Below, piece by piece: positions 55,106 to 64,000 of a stretch of DNA of 64,000 bases. The DNA comes from an uncultured Gemmatimonadales bacterium (GTDB lineage Bacteria > Gemmatimonadota > Gemmatimonadetes > Gemmatimonadales > GWC2-71-9). The position numbers and the translations under genes were made by a program. Location: positions 384,001-448,000 of the forward strand of contig CAVSQW010000015.1 in NCBI GenBank assembly GCA_963730185.1. Direction: 5' to 3'. The notes below the pieces were generated by a model that had not been told where the DNA came from, ran no database searches, and saw nothing but the letters and a program-made list of their open reading frames with translations. How positions within the stretch are numbered: position 1 is the stretch's first letter; every line of letters starts with the position of its first letter.

Positions 55106-55396
55106 ATGAAATACTTCCATCGCACTTCGGTGGCGCCCGATGCCGTGGTCCAGGCGGCCGCCGGTTACTTCGGCGCCCGGATGCAGCCCACCGACGAGCA
55201 CCCGCGGCGCCGGGGCTTCTCGAGCGCCATGGGGCAGGTGGCGGTCACCGCCGAGCCCGAGGGCGGGCACTACACCCTGGTGACCGTGGCGACCAACCAG
55301 CCGGGCGAGAGCGAGCTCGACAAGTTCGCCAAACGGTTCCTGAGCACCGTGCACGCCATGGTCGACCAGACCTACGTGCTCCGGGGCGCCTACTGA
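55106..55396 (+). CDS. Small hypothetical protein
   Basis: GAGG RBS, GC-rich third codon positions, fills an operon gap. Confidence 0.7.
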   Translation: MKYFHRTSVAPDAVVQAAAGYFGARMQPTDEHPRRRGFSSAMGQVAVTAEPEGGHYTLVTVATNQPGESELDKFAKRFLSTVHAMVDQTYVLRGAY

Positions 55397-55415
55397 GCCG
55401 GCCCGCGGTCCGCCC

Positions 55416-56462
55416 ATGACGGCCACCACCGACTCGCCCACCGGGGCGGACCGACCGCTCGTGGCGGGGCTCAGCCGAGCCCGCCTCCACGAGCTGTATT
55501 ACTGGATGCGGCTGACCCGGTCGCTCGAAGAGAAGCTGGTCAACCTCTATCGCCAGACCAAGGTGATCGGGGGACTCTTCCGCTCGCTCGGCCAGGAGGC
55601 CGACGCCGTCGGGAGCGCCTACGCGCTCGACCCCGGCGACATCCTCTCGCCCCTGATCCGGAACCTGGGGTCGATGCTGGTCAAGGGCGCCACCCCGATC
55701 GAGGTGCTCCGCCAGTACATGGCCAAGGCCGAGAGCCCGACCCGGGGCCGCGAGCTGAACATCCACTTCAACGATCTCGAGCGCGGCTTCCTGGGCCAGA
55801 TCTCCCACCTCGGCGACATGGTTCCGGTGATGTGCGGGGTGGCCCTGTCGTTCAAGCTGCGGAAGGAGCCCCGGGTCGGGATGGTCTACGTGGGCGACGG
55901 GGCGATGAGCACCGGCGCCTTCCACGAGGGGATCAACTTCGCCGCCGTCCAGCGACTCCCCCTGGTGATCGTGGCGGAGAACAACGGGTACGCCTACTCC
56001 ACCCCGATGGCCAAGCAGACGGCGGTGTCCTTCCTGGTCGAGAAGGCGACGGGTTATGGGGTGGCCGGGGTCCAGGCCGACGGCAACGACGTGATCGCGG
56101 TCTACGAGACCACCCGGCGGGCGGTGGACCGGGCCCGGGCCGGCGAGGGCGTGACCCTGGTCGAGCTCCTGACCTATCGCCGGAAGGGGCACGCCGAACA
56201 CGACAATCAGTCCTACGTGCCCAAGGACGCGCTCGAGGCCTGGGAGGCGCGCGACCCGGTCGACCGCTACGTCCGCCGGCTCACGGAGCAGGGCTGGGCC
56301 TCGGCTGACGAGCTCGCGGCGATCGACGCCCGGGTTGGTGCCGAGATCGACGCCGCCGTGGCCCAGTGCGAGGACGAGCCCCTGCCCGAGCCGCTCACCG
56401 CGCTCGACGGCGTGCTGGCCGATCCGCCGGTCGCGCCGCTCGAGTGGTACCGGAGGCTCTGA
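55416..56462 (+). CDS. 2-oxoacid dehydrogenase E1 alpha (pyruvate/branched-chain type)
   Basis: GQEA, TPP motif [35 protein letters not shown]. Confidence 0.92.
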   Translation: MTATTDSPTGADRPLVAGLSRARLHELYYWMRLTRSLEEKLVNLYRQTKVIGGLFRSLGQEADAVGSAYALDPGDILSPLIRNLGSMLVKGATPIEVLRQYMAKAESPTRGRELNIHFNDLERGFLGQISHLGDMVPVMCGVALSFKLRKEPRVGMVYVGDGAMSTGAFHEGINFAAVQRLPLVIVAENNGYAYSTPMAKQTAVSFLVEKATGYGVAGVQADGNDVIAVYETTRRAVDRARAGEGVTLVELLTYRRKGHAEHDNQSYVPKDALEAWEARDPVDRYVRRLTEQGWASADELAAIDARVGAEIDAAVAQCEDEPLPEPLTALDGVLADPPVAPLEWYRRL

Positions 56463-57443
56463 TGGCCGAGGTGACCTACCTCGAGGCCATCCGACAGGGC
56501 CTCTTCGAGGAGATGGAGCGGGACGCGCGGGTCTTCGTGATCGGCGAGGACGTGGGCGCCTTCGGCGGGGCCTTCAAGGTGACCGAGGGCCTCCAGGCCC
56601 GGTTCGGCGAAGACCGGGTGATCGACACGCCCGATCGCCGAGACCGCCATCGTGGGTACGGCCGCGGGCGCGGCCCACATGGGGTTCCGCCCGGTCTGCG
56701 AGATGCAGTTCATCGACTTCGTCTCCTGCGCCTACAGCATCCTGACCAACTACGTGGCCACGGCGCGCTACCGGGCGGATCTCCGGACCCCGATGGTGGT
56801 CCGCGGGCCGGCCGGTGGGTTCGTGCGGGGCGGGCCCTTCCATTCCCAGAATCCGGAAGCGGCCTTTCTGCACACCCCGGGGCTCAAGATCGTGGCCCCG
56901 GCCACCGCCCGCGACGCGAAGGGCCTCATCAAAGCGGCGATCCGGGACGACGACCCGGTGCTCTACTTCGAGCACAAGTACCTCTATCGCCGGGTCAAGG
57001 AGGACCTGCCCGAGGGCGAGGAGATCCTGACCCCGATCGGCCAGGCCCGGATCGCCCGGGCCGGCCGCGATCTGACGGTGGTCACCTATTCGGCCATGGT
57101 CTGGAAGGCGCTCGAGGCGGCCGAGACGCTGGCCCGCGAGGACGGCCTCGAGGTGGAGGTCCTCGACCTCCGCACCCTGGCGCCGCTCGACGACGACGCG
57201 ATCGTCGCCTCGGTCAGGAAGACCAATCGGGTGCTCGTCGTGCACGAGGACACCCGCACCGGTGGCCTCGCCGGCGAGATCGCGGCCCGGATCAACGAGC
57301 TCTGCTTCGAATGGCTCGACGCGCCGGTCCGGCGGGTGGCGGCGCACGATGTCCCGCTCCCCTTCGCGCCTCCGCTCGAGGATTTCGTGTTGCCGGGAAC
57401 CGGGGATATAGTGAAGGCGGCTCGCTGGATGGCGAGCTACTGA
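56462..57443 (+). CDS. 2-oxoacid dehydrogenase E1 beta; apparent frameshift at about 56630
   Basis: [54 protein letters not shown]. Confidence 0.9.
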
Positions 57444-57500
57444 CCGACAGACGGGCTGACGGCTGGACGGCTCGCAGGACAGACAGACGGACGGAGACGC
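57444..57500 (+). repeat. GACG/GACA-rich low-complexity intergenic tract
   Basis: ccgacagacgggctgacggctggacggctcgcaggacagacagacggacggagacgc. Confidence 0.5.
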
Positions 57501-58852
57501 ATGGCACGGATCGATGTCGTGATGCCCCAGATGGGCGAGTCCATCGCGGAGGGCACCCTTTCCAAGTGGCTCAAGCAGGTGGGCGACGCGGTCAAGCGCG
57601 ACGAGCCCATGTTCGAGATCTCGACCGACAAGGTCGACGCCGAGATCCCGGCGCCCACCGCGGGCGTGCTGGCCGAGATCCTGGTGAAGGAAGGCGAGAC
57701 GGTGGCGGTGCAGACCGTGGTGGCTCGGCTCGAGACCGATGCCGCCGCCGCGGCCTCGGCCCCCGCGCCGGCCGCCGCGCCCGCCGCGCCCGCTCCGACT
57801 CCCCCCCGGCCCCCCCCGCGCCCGCGCCGAGCCCGTCGCCCGTCGCGGCCCACCCGGCGCCCGACCCTCGTCCTGCGCCGAGTGGTGACGAGAGCCTGGA
57901 GGATCGACTGCGCCGCCGGTCCACGCCGCTCGTGCGCCGGATGGTGGCCGAGCACGGCCTCGATCTGGCCGAAATCCCAGGTTCCGGGATGGCGGGCCGG
58001 GTCACCAAGAACGACGTGCTGAGCTTTCTCGAGCACCAGCCCGAGGCGCCGTCCGCGCCCGCGGTGGCGGCCCCCAGACCCGCGACCGCCCCCGGTGGGG
58101 TGCCCGGCGGAGTGCAGGTCGTCCCCGGGCCGGTGGTCGAGCCGTGGGAGGGCGATCGGGTCGAAGCCTGGACCCGGATTCGCAAGCTCACCGCCGAGCA
58201 CATGATCATGTCGCGGCGGGTGTCGCCGCACGTGCAGAGCCTGATCGAGATCGACTACACCCGGGTGGCCCAGGTTCGGGCCCAGCACAAGGCCGAATTC
58301 GCCTCGCGAGGCGTGAACCTGACCTTCCTCGCGTTCATCGCCAAGGCGGTGGCCGAGAACCTTCGGCGGCATCCGGTGGTCAACTCGGCCGTGATGGGCG
58401 AGTCGACGATCTTCCGCCAGGAGATCAACCTCGGCATCGCGGTGGCGCTCGACTGGGGCTTGATCGTCCCGGTCATCCGCCGGGCCGACGAGCTCTCGCT
58501 CCTGGGCGTCGCCCGGGCCATTCAGGAGCTGGCGGACAAGGCCCGGAACAAGAAGCTGAGCCCGGACGAGGTCCAGAAGGGTACTTTCACCATCACCAAC
58601 CCCGGCGGGTTCGGCACGGTGGTCGGGCTGCCGATCATCAATCAGCCCCAGGCCGCGATCCTCGCCGTGGGCGCAATCGAGAAGCGGCCGGCCGTGGTCA
58701 CCAGCCCGGACGGCACCGACGCGGTGGGGATCCGGAGGCTCGGGTACCTCGCGATGAGCTTCGATCACCGGATCGTCGACGGCGCCGACGCGGATCGGTT
58801 CCTGGCCGATCTCAAGACGTCGCTGCACCAGTTCCCCGAGAACGTGACCTGA
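57501..58852 (+). CDS. Dihydrolipoamide acyltransferase E2; apparent frameshift in poly-C linker at about 57800-57820
   Basis: Lipoyl domain [14 protein letters not shown], subunit-binding [37 protein letters not shown]. Confidence 0.9.
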
Positions 58853-58863
58853 ACGGGGGAGAC

Positions 58864-59130
58864 ATGCCGCCCAGAGCGATCGAAGTGAACGGCGAGCGAT
58901 GGTCGGTGACCCCGACCGGCCGCCGGACCCAGTATTCGAAGGACGAGTTCTCGGTGCTCTTTACCCGGGTGGCCGGCGGTCCGCACGAGGAGCGGGTAGC
59001 GCGGTATTCGCCGCTGGGCGTGAAGGAGCGAGAGGCGTCCTTGGCCGGGCTCACCGAGGCCCAGCTGTCCGATCTCCTGCGCCGGTCGCAGCCGTCGTGG
59101 ACCACGCCCGAGCTGGGGTACCGCCGCTGA
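58864..59130 (+). CDS. Small hypothetical protein
   Basis: GGGGAG RBS, 88 aa, within the operon. Confidence 0.7.
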   Translation: MPPRAIEVNGERWSVTPTGRRTQYSKDEFSVLFTRVAGGPHEERVARYSPLGVKEREASLAGLTEAQLSDLLRRSQPSWTTPELGYRR

Positions 59131-59972
59131 ACGAGCTCACCGCGGATCTCCACCTGCATTCGACGGCCTCCGACGGTGCCCTCGCACCGGCGGAGGTCGT
59201 TCGCCTTGCGGCCGAGGCCGGTCTCGTCGCCATCGCGCTGACCGACCACGACAGCCTGGACGGGGTGCCGGAGGCGCGCCAGGCGGGGTCCCGATACGGG
59301 GTGCGGGTGCTCGCGGGCTGCGAGTTCTCGGTCAAGGTCTCCTGGGGTGAGCTCCACCTCCTGGGCTACGGACTCCGCCTCGATCATGACGAGCTCCAGG
59401 CGGAGCTGGTCACCGCTCGCGAGGCCCGGGCCGCCCGGGGCCGCGCGATGGTCGAGAAGATCCGGAGCCTCGGGCTCACCATCAGCGACGACGACGTCGC
59501 CCGAGCGGCGAGCGGTGCCGCCGTCGGCCGGCCGCACCTGGCGCGGGCCCTGATCGCCAACGGCGTGGTCAAGAGCTTCGATGAGGCCTTCGATCGCTTG
59601 CTGGGCCGGGGCCGTCCGGCCTTCGTGGCCAAACGGTTGCTGGATCTGGCGACGATTGCCGCGCTGATCCGCCGGGCCGGCGGGGTCTCATCGGCCGCGC
59701 ATCTCCGGGACCGGGGCACTCGCTCGTTCCTCACTGAGCTCAAGGCCGAGGGCCTCGACGGGGTCGAGGTCGTCCATCCCAGCCACTCGGCCGCCGTGCG
59801 GGCGACGCTCAGCCACCTTGCCGCCGAGCTGGGCCTCCTTCCGACCGGCGGCAGCGACTGGCACGGCTCGGTCGAGGCGAGCCCCTCCCACGGATCGATC
59901 GGCGCCGTGCGGGTCCCGCTCGCCTGGGTCGACGCCATCGAGGCCCGCGCCGACGAGCGACAGGCGCGATGA
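59127..59972 (+). CDS. PHP-domain phosphoesterase (TrpH/YciV/RNase AM-like)
   Basis: DLHLHSTASDG, ALTDHD, GRPHLA, AH, GGSDWHG; probable CTG start overlapping the upstream TGA. Confidence 0.88.
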   Translation: MNELTADLHLHSTASDGALAPAEVVRLAAEAGLVAIALTDHDSLDGVPEARQAGSRYGVRVLAGCEFSVKVSWGELHLLGYGLRLDHDELQAELVTAREARAARGRAMVEKIRSLGLTISDDDVARAASGAAVGRPHLARALIANGVVKSFDEAFDRLLGRGRPAFVAKRLLDLATIAALIRRAGGVSSAAHLRDRGTRSFLTELKAEGLDGVEVVHPSHSAAVRATLSHLAAELGLLPTGGSDWHGSVEASPSHGSIGAVRVPLAWVDAIEARADERQAR

Positions 59973-60748
59973 GCGAGGGGCGGGACCGTGGCGGACCGGC
60001 GTTCCGCGACGTGATGGTGGTCGGCGGGGGCTGCTACGGCACCTTCTACGCTCAGCAACTCGAGGCCGCGATCGACCGCGGCAAGCTCTCGGCGCGGGCG
60101 GTCGTGCTGGTGGATCGCGATCCCGCCTGCCAGGCCACCCGCGACCTGGCCGACCGGTCCAATCGCTCGCTGGTGGTGGCTGACTGGAGCGATTTTCTGG
60201 ACCAGTTCCTGGCCCGCGCGGCTCCCCCGGCCGGGATCCCCGACGACGCGATCGTCCCGTCGCCGCTGATGCCCCACCTCATGGCCGGGTGGCTCGAGCG
60301 GCGGGCCCGCAGTCGGTTTCCCGATCGCGCGATCCGCCCCGGATCGTTGCCGACGCCGCTCGGCACGCCCTACGACGTCCAGGCGCCGGACGGCACCCGC
60401 TATGTCTCCTACGCCGACTGGCTCTGTCCCACCCACTGCGTCGAGCCCGCCATCTGTCCGGTGATTCGGGGCCCCCGCACCTGGGAGATGGGCGAGGCGG
60501 TGACCCGGTACGTCAAGCGCCTCGGCGCCTCGGCCCGAGTCTTGGGACCGGCGCTCTTCGTCACCCGCCATCGGGCCTTTGGGGTGGGGATGTTCGACGT
60601 GGCCGAGGCCCGCTCGGCGAGCGCGCTCCTCGACGAGGTGGGACGCCGGGCCGAGGCGGCGTCGGTGGTGGTCGGGACGATTTCCTCCTGTCACGGCGCG
60701 GTCACCGCCCTGGAACTCGGGCCCACCGGCTCGGCTACCTCGGGGTGA
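59969..60748 (+). CDS. Hypothetical protein with Rossmann-like N-terminus and Cys/His motifs
   Basis: VMVVGGGCYG..VLVD; PSPLMPH; WLCPTHCVEPAICP; ISSCHG; ATGA overlap. Confidence 0.75.
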   Translation: MSEGRDRGGPAFRDVMVVGGGCYGTFYAQQLEAAIDRGKLSARAVVLVDRDPACQATRDLADRSNRSLVVADWSDFLDQFLARAAPPAGIPDDAIVPSPLMPHLMAGWLERRARSRFPDRAIRPGSLPTPLGTPYDVQAPDGTRYVSYADWLCPTHCVEPAICPVIRGPRTWEMGEAVTRYVKRLGASARVLGPALFVTRHRAFGVGMFDVAEARSASALLDEVGRRAEAASVVVGTISSCHGAVTALELGPTGSATSG

Positions 60749-60809
60749 GGCGGTGAGGCCCATCTATATTGCGGGGTGATTCGCCGAGGCCATCGTCGAG
60801 GAGTGAGCC

Positions 60810-61762
60810 GTGTCGAAGACCCATTTTGACGTGATCGTCGTTGGAGCCGGGCCAGCCGGGCTCTGCGCCGCCATGTATGCCGGCCGCGGGATGCTGGAGA
60901 CGGTGGTGCTGGAGCGGGGCATCCCCGGCGGCGAGCTGCTCAATACCGAGAAGATCGAGGACTATCCCGGGTTCGTCAGCATTCTCGGCCCCGATCTCGC
61001 GACCAAGATGACCGAGCACGCCCAGGCCTTCGGCGCGGACATCCGGCCAGGAGAACGTCGAGGGGATCCATCGCCTCGAGGACGGCACCTTCAAGGTCGA
61101 CCACCAGCTCCGAGGCCGAGGTCTTCGCGCCGGCCGTGATCCTGACGGCCGGCGGCACGCCGACCAAGCTCGGGGTGCCGGGCGAAGTGGAGTATGCGGG
61201 TCAGGGGGTGTCCTACTGCGCGGTGTGCGACGGCGCCTTTTTCAAGGGCGAGACCATCGCGGTGGTCGGGGGCGGCGACGCCGCGGTCGAGGAGGCCGAC
61301 TACCTGACCCGGTACGCGGCCAAGGTGTACATCATCCACCGCCGCGACCAGTTCCGGGCCTCGAAGATGGTCCAGGAGCGGGCCCTCGCCAATCCCAAGA
61401 TCGAAGTGCTCTGGAACAAGAAGGTGCTCGAGATGGTGGGGGGCCGGCCGGGCTCCAACACCTCTCGCTCGAGGACACCGTCACCGGCGAAGCGCTCGAC
61501 CCTCGAGGTGACCGGGTGCTTCGTGTTCATCGGCTTCACGCCCAACGCCGGACTGATCAAGGAGCACTACCAGCACGACCCGAGCGGGTACGTCCTCACC
61601 AACGAGCGGATGATGACTTCGGTGCCCGGCCTGTTCGCGGCCGGGGATCTCCGGGTCCAGCTCACCCGGCAGGTTACCACGGCGGTCGGCGACGCCACCA
61701 CCGCCGCTATCGCGGTCGAGAAGTACCTGACCGACCGGAAGTCGGCGGTGAGCGCCGGGTGA
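60810..61762 (+). CDS. trxB: Thioredoxin reductase; apparent frameshifts at about 61050-61110 and 61440-61490
   Basis: VVGAGPAG, GVSYCAVCDG, VVGGGDAAVEEA, IHRR, GLFAAGD. Confidence 0.9.
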
Positions 61763-62418
61763 CGAGCGCGACCTCCCGGGCCGAGGACGCCGCGCGCGTC
61801 ATTCCGATCCCGAACGGCCGGTTCGTCGAGAACTGCTATCTGGTGGCGCCCGCCGGCGCCTCCGACGCGGTGATCGTCGATCCGGGCGAGGAGCCGGAAC
61901 GGTTCCTCCGGGTCGCCGAGCGCGAAGGGCTGACCATCCGGGAAATCTGGCTCACCCACGCCCACATCGACCACGTCCTGGGCGTCGCGGCCATCAAGGC
62001 CGCCACCGGCGCCCCGATTCTGCTCCACCCGGACGACCTCCCCCTCTACCAGGGCGTGGCGCAGCAGGGGGAGCTGTTCGGGATCAGGGTCCCGCCCCTT
62101 CCGCCGCCGGATCGGTGGATCGTGCCCGGCGAGCCGCTCCGGCTCGGCGAGCTGGAGATCGGAGTCCGCTTCACCCCGGGGCATTCGCCGGGGAGCGTCT
62201 GCTTCGTGGGGCCGGGACTGGTCCTTGGGGGCGACGTCCTGTTCCAGCGCTCGATCGGGCGGACCGACTTGCCCGGCGGCGACCTCCGCCGGCTGCTCCG
62301 GAGCATCCAGGAGGAGCTCTTCTCGCTGCCCGACGAGACCGTGGTGTTTCCCGGCCACGGGCCGGAGACCACGATCGGGGCGGAGCGCCGGGACAACCCC
62401 TTCTTGGTCCCTCGCTGA
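61759..62418 (+). CDS. MBL-fold hydrolase (glyoxalase II/YcbL-like)
   Basis: ENCY, VDPG, THAHIDH, TPGHSPG, GDVLF, PGHG; GTGA overlap. Confidence 0.92.
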   Translation: MTSATSRAEDAARVIPIPNGRFVENCYLVAPAGASDAVIVDPGEEPERFLRVAEREGLTIREIWLTHAHIDHVLGVAAIKAATGAPILLHPDDLPLYQGVAQQGELFGIRVPPLPPPDRWIVPGEPLRLGELEIGVRFTPGHSPGSVCFVGPGLVLGGDVLFQRSIGRTDLPGGDLRRLLRSIQEELFSLPDETVVFPGHGPETTIGAERRDNPFLVPR

Positions 62419-62422
62419 CCGC

Positions 62423-62746
62423 CTAACGAGGCGGCGGCGCCATCCCCACCAGCATCACGGTCCGCTCCACCGCCTCCGCCACCCCGTGCGGCACCTCCGC
62501 CGGGGCCCAGACCAGATCGCCGGCCTCGGCGGTCATCGCCTCGTCGCCCACGAGCATTCTCGCCTTTCCCGACAGGATCAGATAGAATTTGTCCGCACCG
62601 TGGTGCGCGTGGATCCGCTGCGTCTGACCCGGCTCGAAGCAGTTGAGGCCGAGGAAGAGCTGGGTCCCCGACACCAGGTCGGCCTTGGTCCCCTTCTCGG
62701 GCGAGAAGCGGGCTCGGTCGGCCGGGCGCACGAGATAGCTGGACAT
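62423..62746 (-). CDS. Cupin domain protein
   Basis: FEPGQTQRIHAH..YLILSG..APAEVPHGV. Confidence 0.85.
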   Translation of the reverse strand: MSSYLVRPADRARFSPEKGTKADLVSGTQLFLGLNCFEPGQTQRIHAHHGADKFYLILSGKARMLVGDEAMTAEAGDLVWAPAEVPHGVAEAVERTVMLVGMAPPPR

Positions 62747-62873
62747 CCGGATCTCCCTGGTCGAAGCTCGGGCCCGGGCCCCGGGTGGATCGCGACGCTG
62801 GCTCGCCGTCGGACGGCTCCGGCCCGGCAGTCGGCAACATAACGCCGGAGCCCCGCCGCCGCCCTCATCCGCC

Positions 62874-64000
62874 ATGGCTTCCCATCGCATCGAAAAAGAC
62901 CCTCTCGGCGAGAAGCAGGTTCCGACCGAGGCCCTCTACGGGATTCAGACGCTCCGCGCCGCGGAGAACTTCCCGATCTCCGGGCTCCGGCCGCTCGCCG
63001 CGTTCGTCGACGCCGTCGTCTGGATCAAGCGCTCGGCGGCCGTGACCCACAAGGAAACCGGTCGGCTCGAGGCCCGGCTGGCCGACGTCATCGTCCAGGC
63101 GGCCGACGAAGTCCTGTCGGGGCAGCACCGGGACCAGTTCATCGTCGATCCCTATCAAGCCGGGGCGGGCACCTCGCACAACATGAACATCAACGAGGTC
63201 CTGGCCAATCGCGCCAACGAGCTTCTCGGGGGTGAGCGGGGAACCTACCGGCCGGTCCACCCCAACGATCACGTCAACATGGCGCAGAGCACCAACGACG
63301 TGATTCCCACCGCGATGCGGCTGGCCGCGCTGGCCACCCTGCCAGCCCTGCTCGACGCGATGGCGGGCCTGTCGGATTCGTTCCTGGCCAAGGGCCAGGC
63401 CTTCGACGGGATCGTGAAGTCGGGCCGGACCCACCTCCAGGACGCCACCCCGATCCGGCTGGGGCAGGAGTTCCGGGCCTACGGCCACACCGTGGCTCGC
63501 CATCGCGACAAGCTGATCGAGGCGGCGAGGTGGCTCCGGCCGATGAACATCGGGGGGACCGCCGTGGGGACCGGCCTCAACGCCGAGCCGGCCTATCCGG
63601 GGCTCATGGTCAAGCACCTCCGCTCGCTCACCGGGCTGGACCTCCAGGAGTCGGACGACCGGATCCAGCTGATGCAGTCGATGGGAGACATTGCCAGCTT
63701 CAGTGGCGCGATTCGGGCGTTCACGCTCGATCTCAACAAGATCGCGAACGACATCCGGCTGCTCGCCTCGGGCCCCCGGACCGGTCTGGCGGAGATCGTG
63801 CTTCCGGCGGTGCAGCCGGGGTCGAGCATCATGCCCGGCAAGATCAACCCGTCGATCGCCGAAATGGTGAACCAGGTCTGCTATCAGGTGCTGGGCCTCG
63901 ATACCACGGTCGCGATGGCGGCGGAGGCCGGGCAGCTGGAGCTCAACGTGATGATGCCGGTCATCACCCACAACGTCGTCTTCGCAATCCAGATTCTTGG
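62874..64000 (+). CDS. aspA: Aspartate ammonia-lyase (fumarase/aspartase family), runs off the window end
   Basis: MASHRIEKDPLG..YGIQTLRAAENFPISG, AGTSHNMN, HPNDHVNMAQSTND, GRTHLQDA, GSSIMPGKINP; not listed in the ORF track because it has no stop. Confidence 0.85.
   Translation, partial: MASHRIEKDPLGEKQVPTEALYGIQTLRAAENFPISGLRPLAAFVDAVVWIKRSAAVTHKETGRLEARLADVIVQAADEVLSGQHRDQFIVDPYQAGAGTSHNMNINEVLANRANELLGGERGTYRPVHPNDHVNMAQSTNDVIPTAMRLAALATLPALLDAMAGLSDSFLAKGQAFDGIVKSGRTHLQDATPIRLGQEFRAYGHTVARHRDKLIEAARWLRPMNIGGTAVGTGLNAEPAYPGLMVKHLRSLTGLDLQESDDRIQLMQSMGDIASFSGAIRAFTLDLNKIANDIRLLASGPRTGLAEIVLPAVQPGSSIMPGKINPSIAEMVNQVCYQVLGLDTTVAMAAEAGQLELNVMMPVITHNVVFAIQIL

Noticed and set aside
56620..57830. 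Programmed frameshifting in E1 beta or E2
   Set aside because: No clear slippery heptamer plus stimulator, and it matches the window-wide indel pattern.
55416..58852. Missing E3 in the 2-oxoacid dehydrogenase cluster
   Set aside because: E3 is commonly shared and encoded elsewhere.
28999..62418. Antibiotic-resistance calls for the two serine hydrolases and the MBL protein
   Set aside because: Fold-level motifs only; context favours esterase/amidase and glyoxalase II-like roles.

Overview
High-GC bacterial chromosome segment. Gene content (SusC/SusD pairs in a high-GC genome, TonB/ExbBD and neighbouring hypotheticals) suggests Gemmatimonadota; this is an inference, not a database result. (1) 1-30 kb is an accessory catabolic island. 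It holds an amidohydrolase, a translationally coupled MetE-C-terminal-like Zn enzyme + cytochrome P450, two tandem SusC/SusD pairs sharing a 12-bp-period upstream motif, and a propeller-amidohydrolase. It also holds a degenerate amidohydrolase, an Ntn acylase + acyl-CoA ligase, a CaiC-like ligase/crotonase/CocE/CPBP operon divergent from an APC permease, and a serine hydrolase. No recognisable CAZyme lies next to the SusC/D pairs. (2) 30-44 kb: M19 dipeptidase, sodA, peroxiredoxin, an HK-RR-HK triad, a five-unit 11-bp-period OmpR/Pho-box-like array before tonB-exbB-exbD-exbD, a permease and a flavin monooxygenase. (3) 44-53 kb: peptidoglycan/amino-sugar salvage cluster (BadF-type kinase, SSS symporter, GntR, AmiE-like, NagZ, NamZ); nagZ and namZ overlap head-to-head. 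(4) 53-64 kb: CDP-alcohol transferase + inositol-3-phosphate synthase, 2-oxoacid dehydrogenase E1a/E1b/E2, PHP protein, a Cys-motif unknown, trxB, MBL hydrolase, cupin and partial aspA. About ten genes carry small apparent frameshifts, several in homopolymers; these most likely are consensus errors. No rRNA, tRNA, CRISPR array, integrase or transposase was seen.
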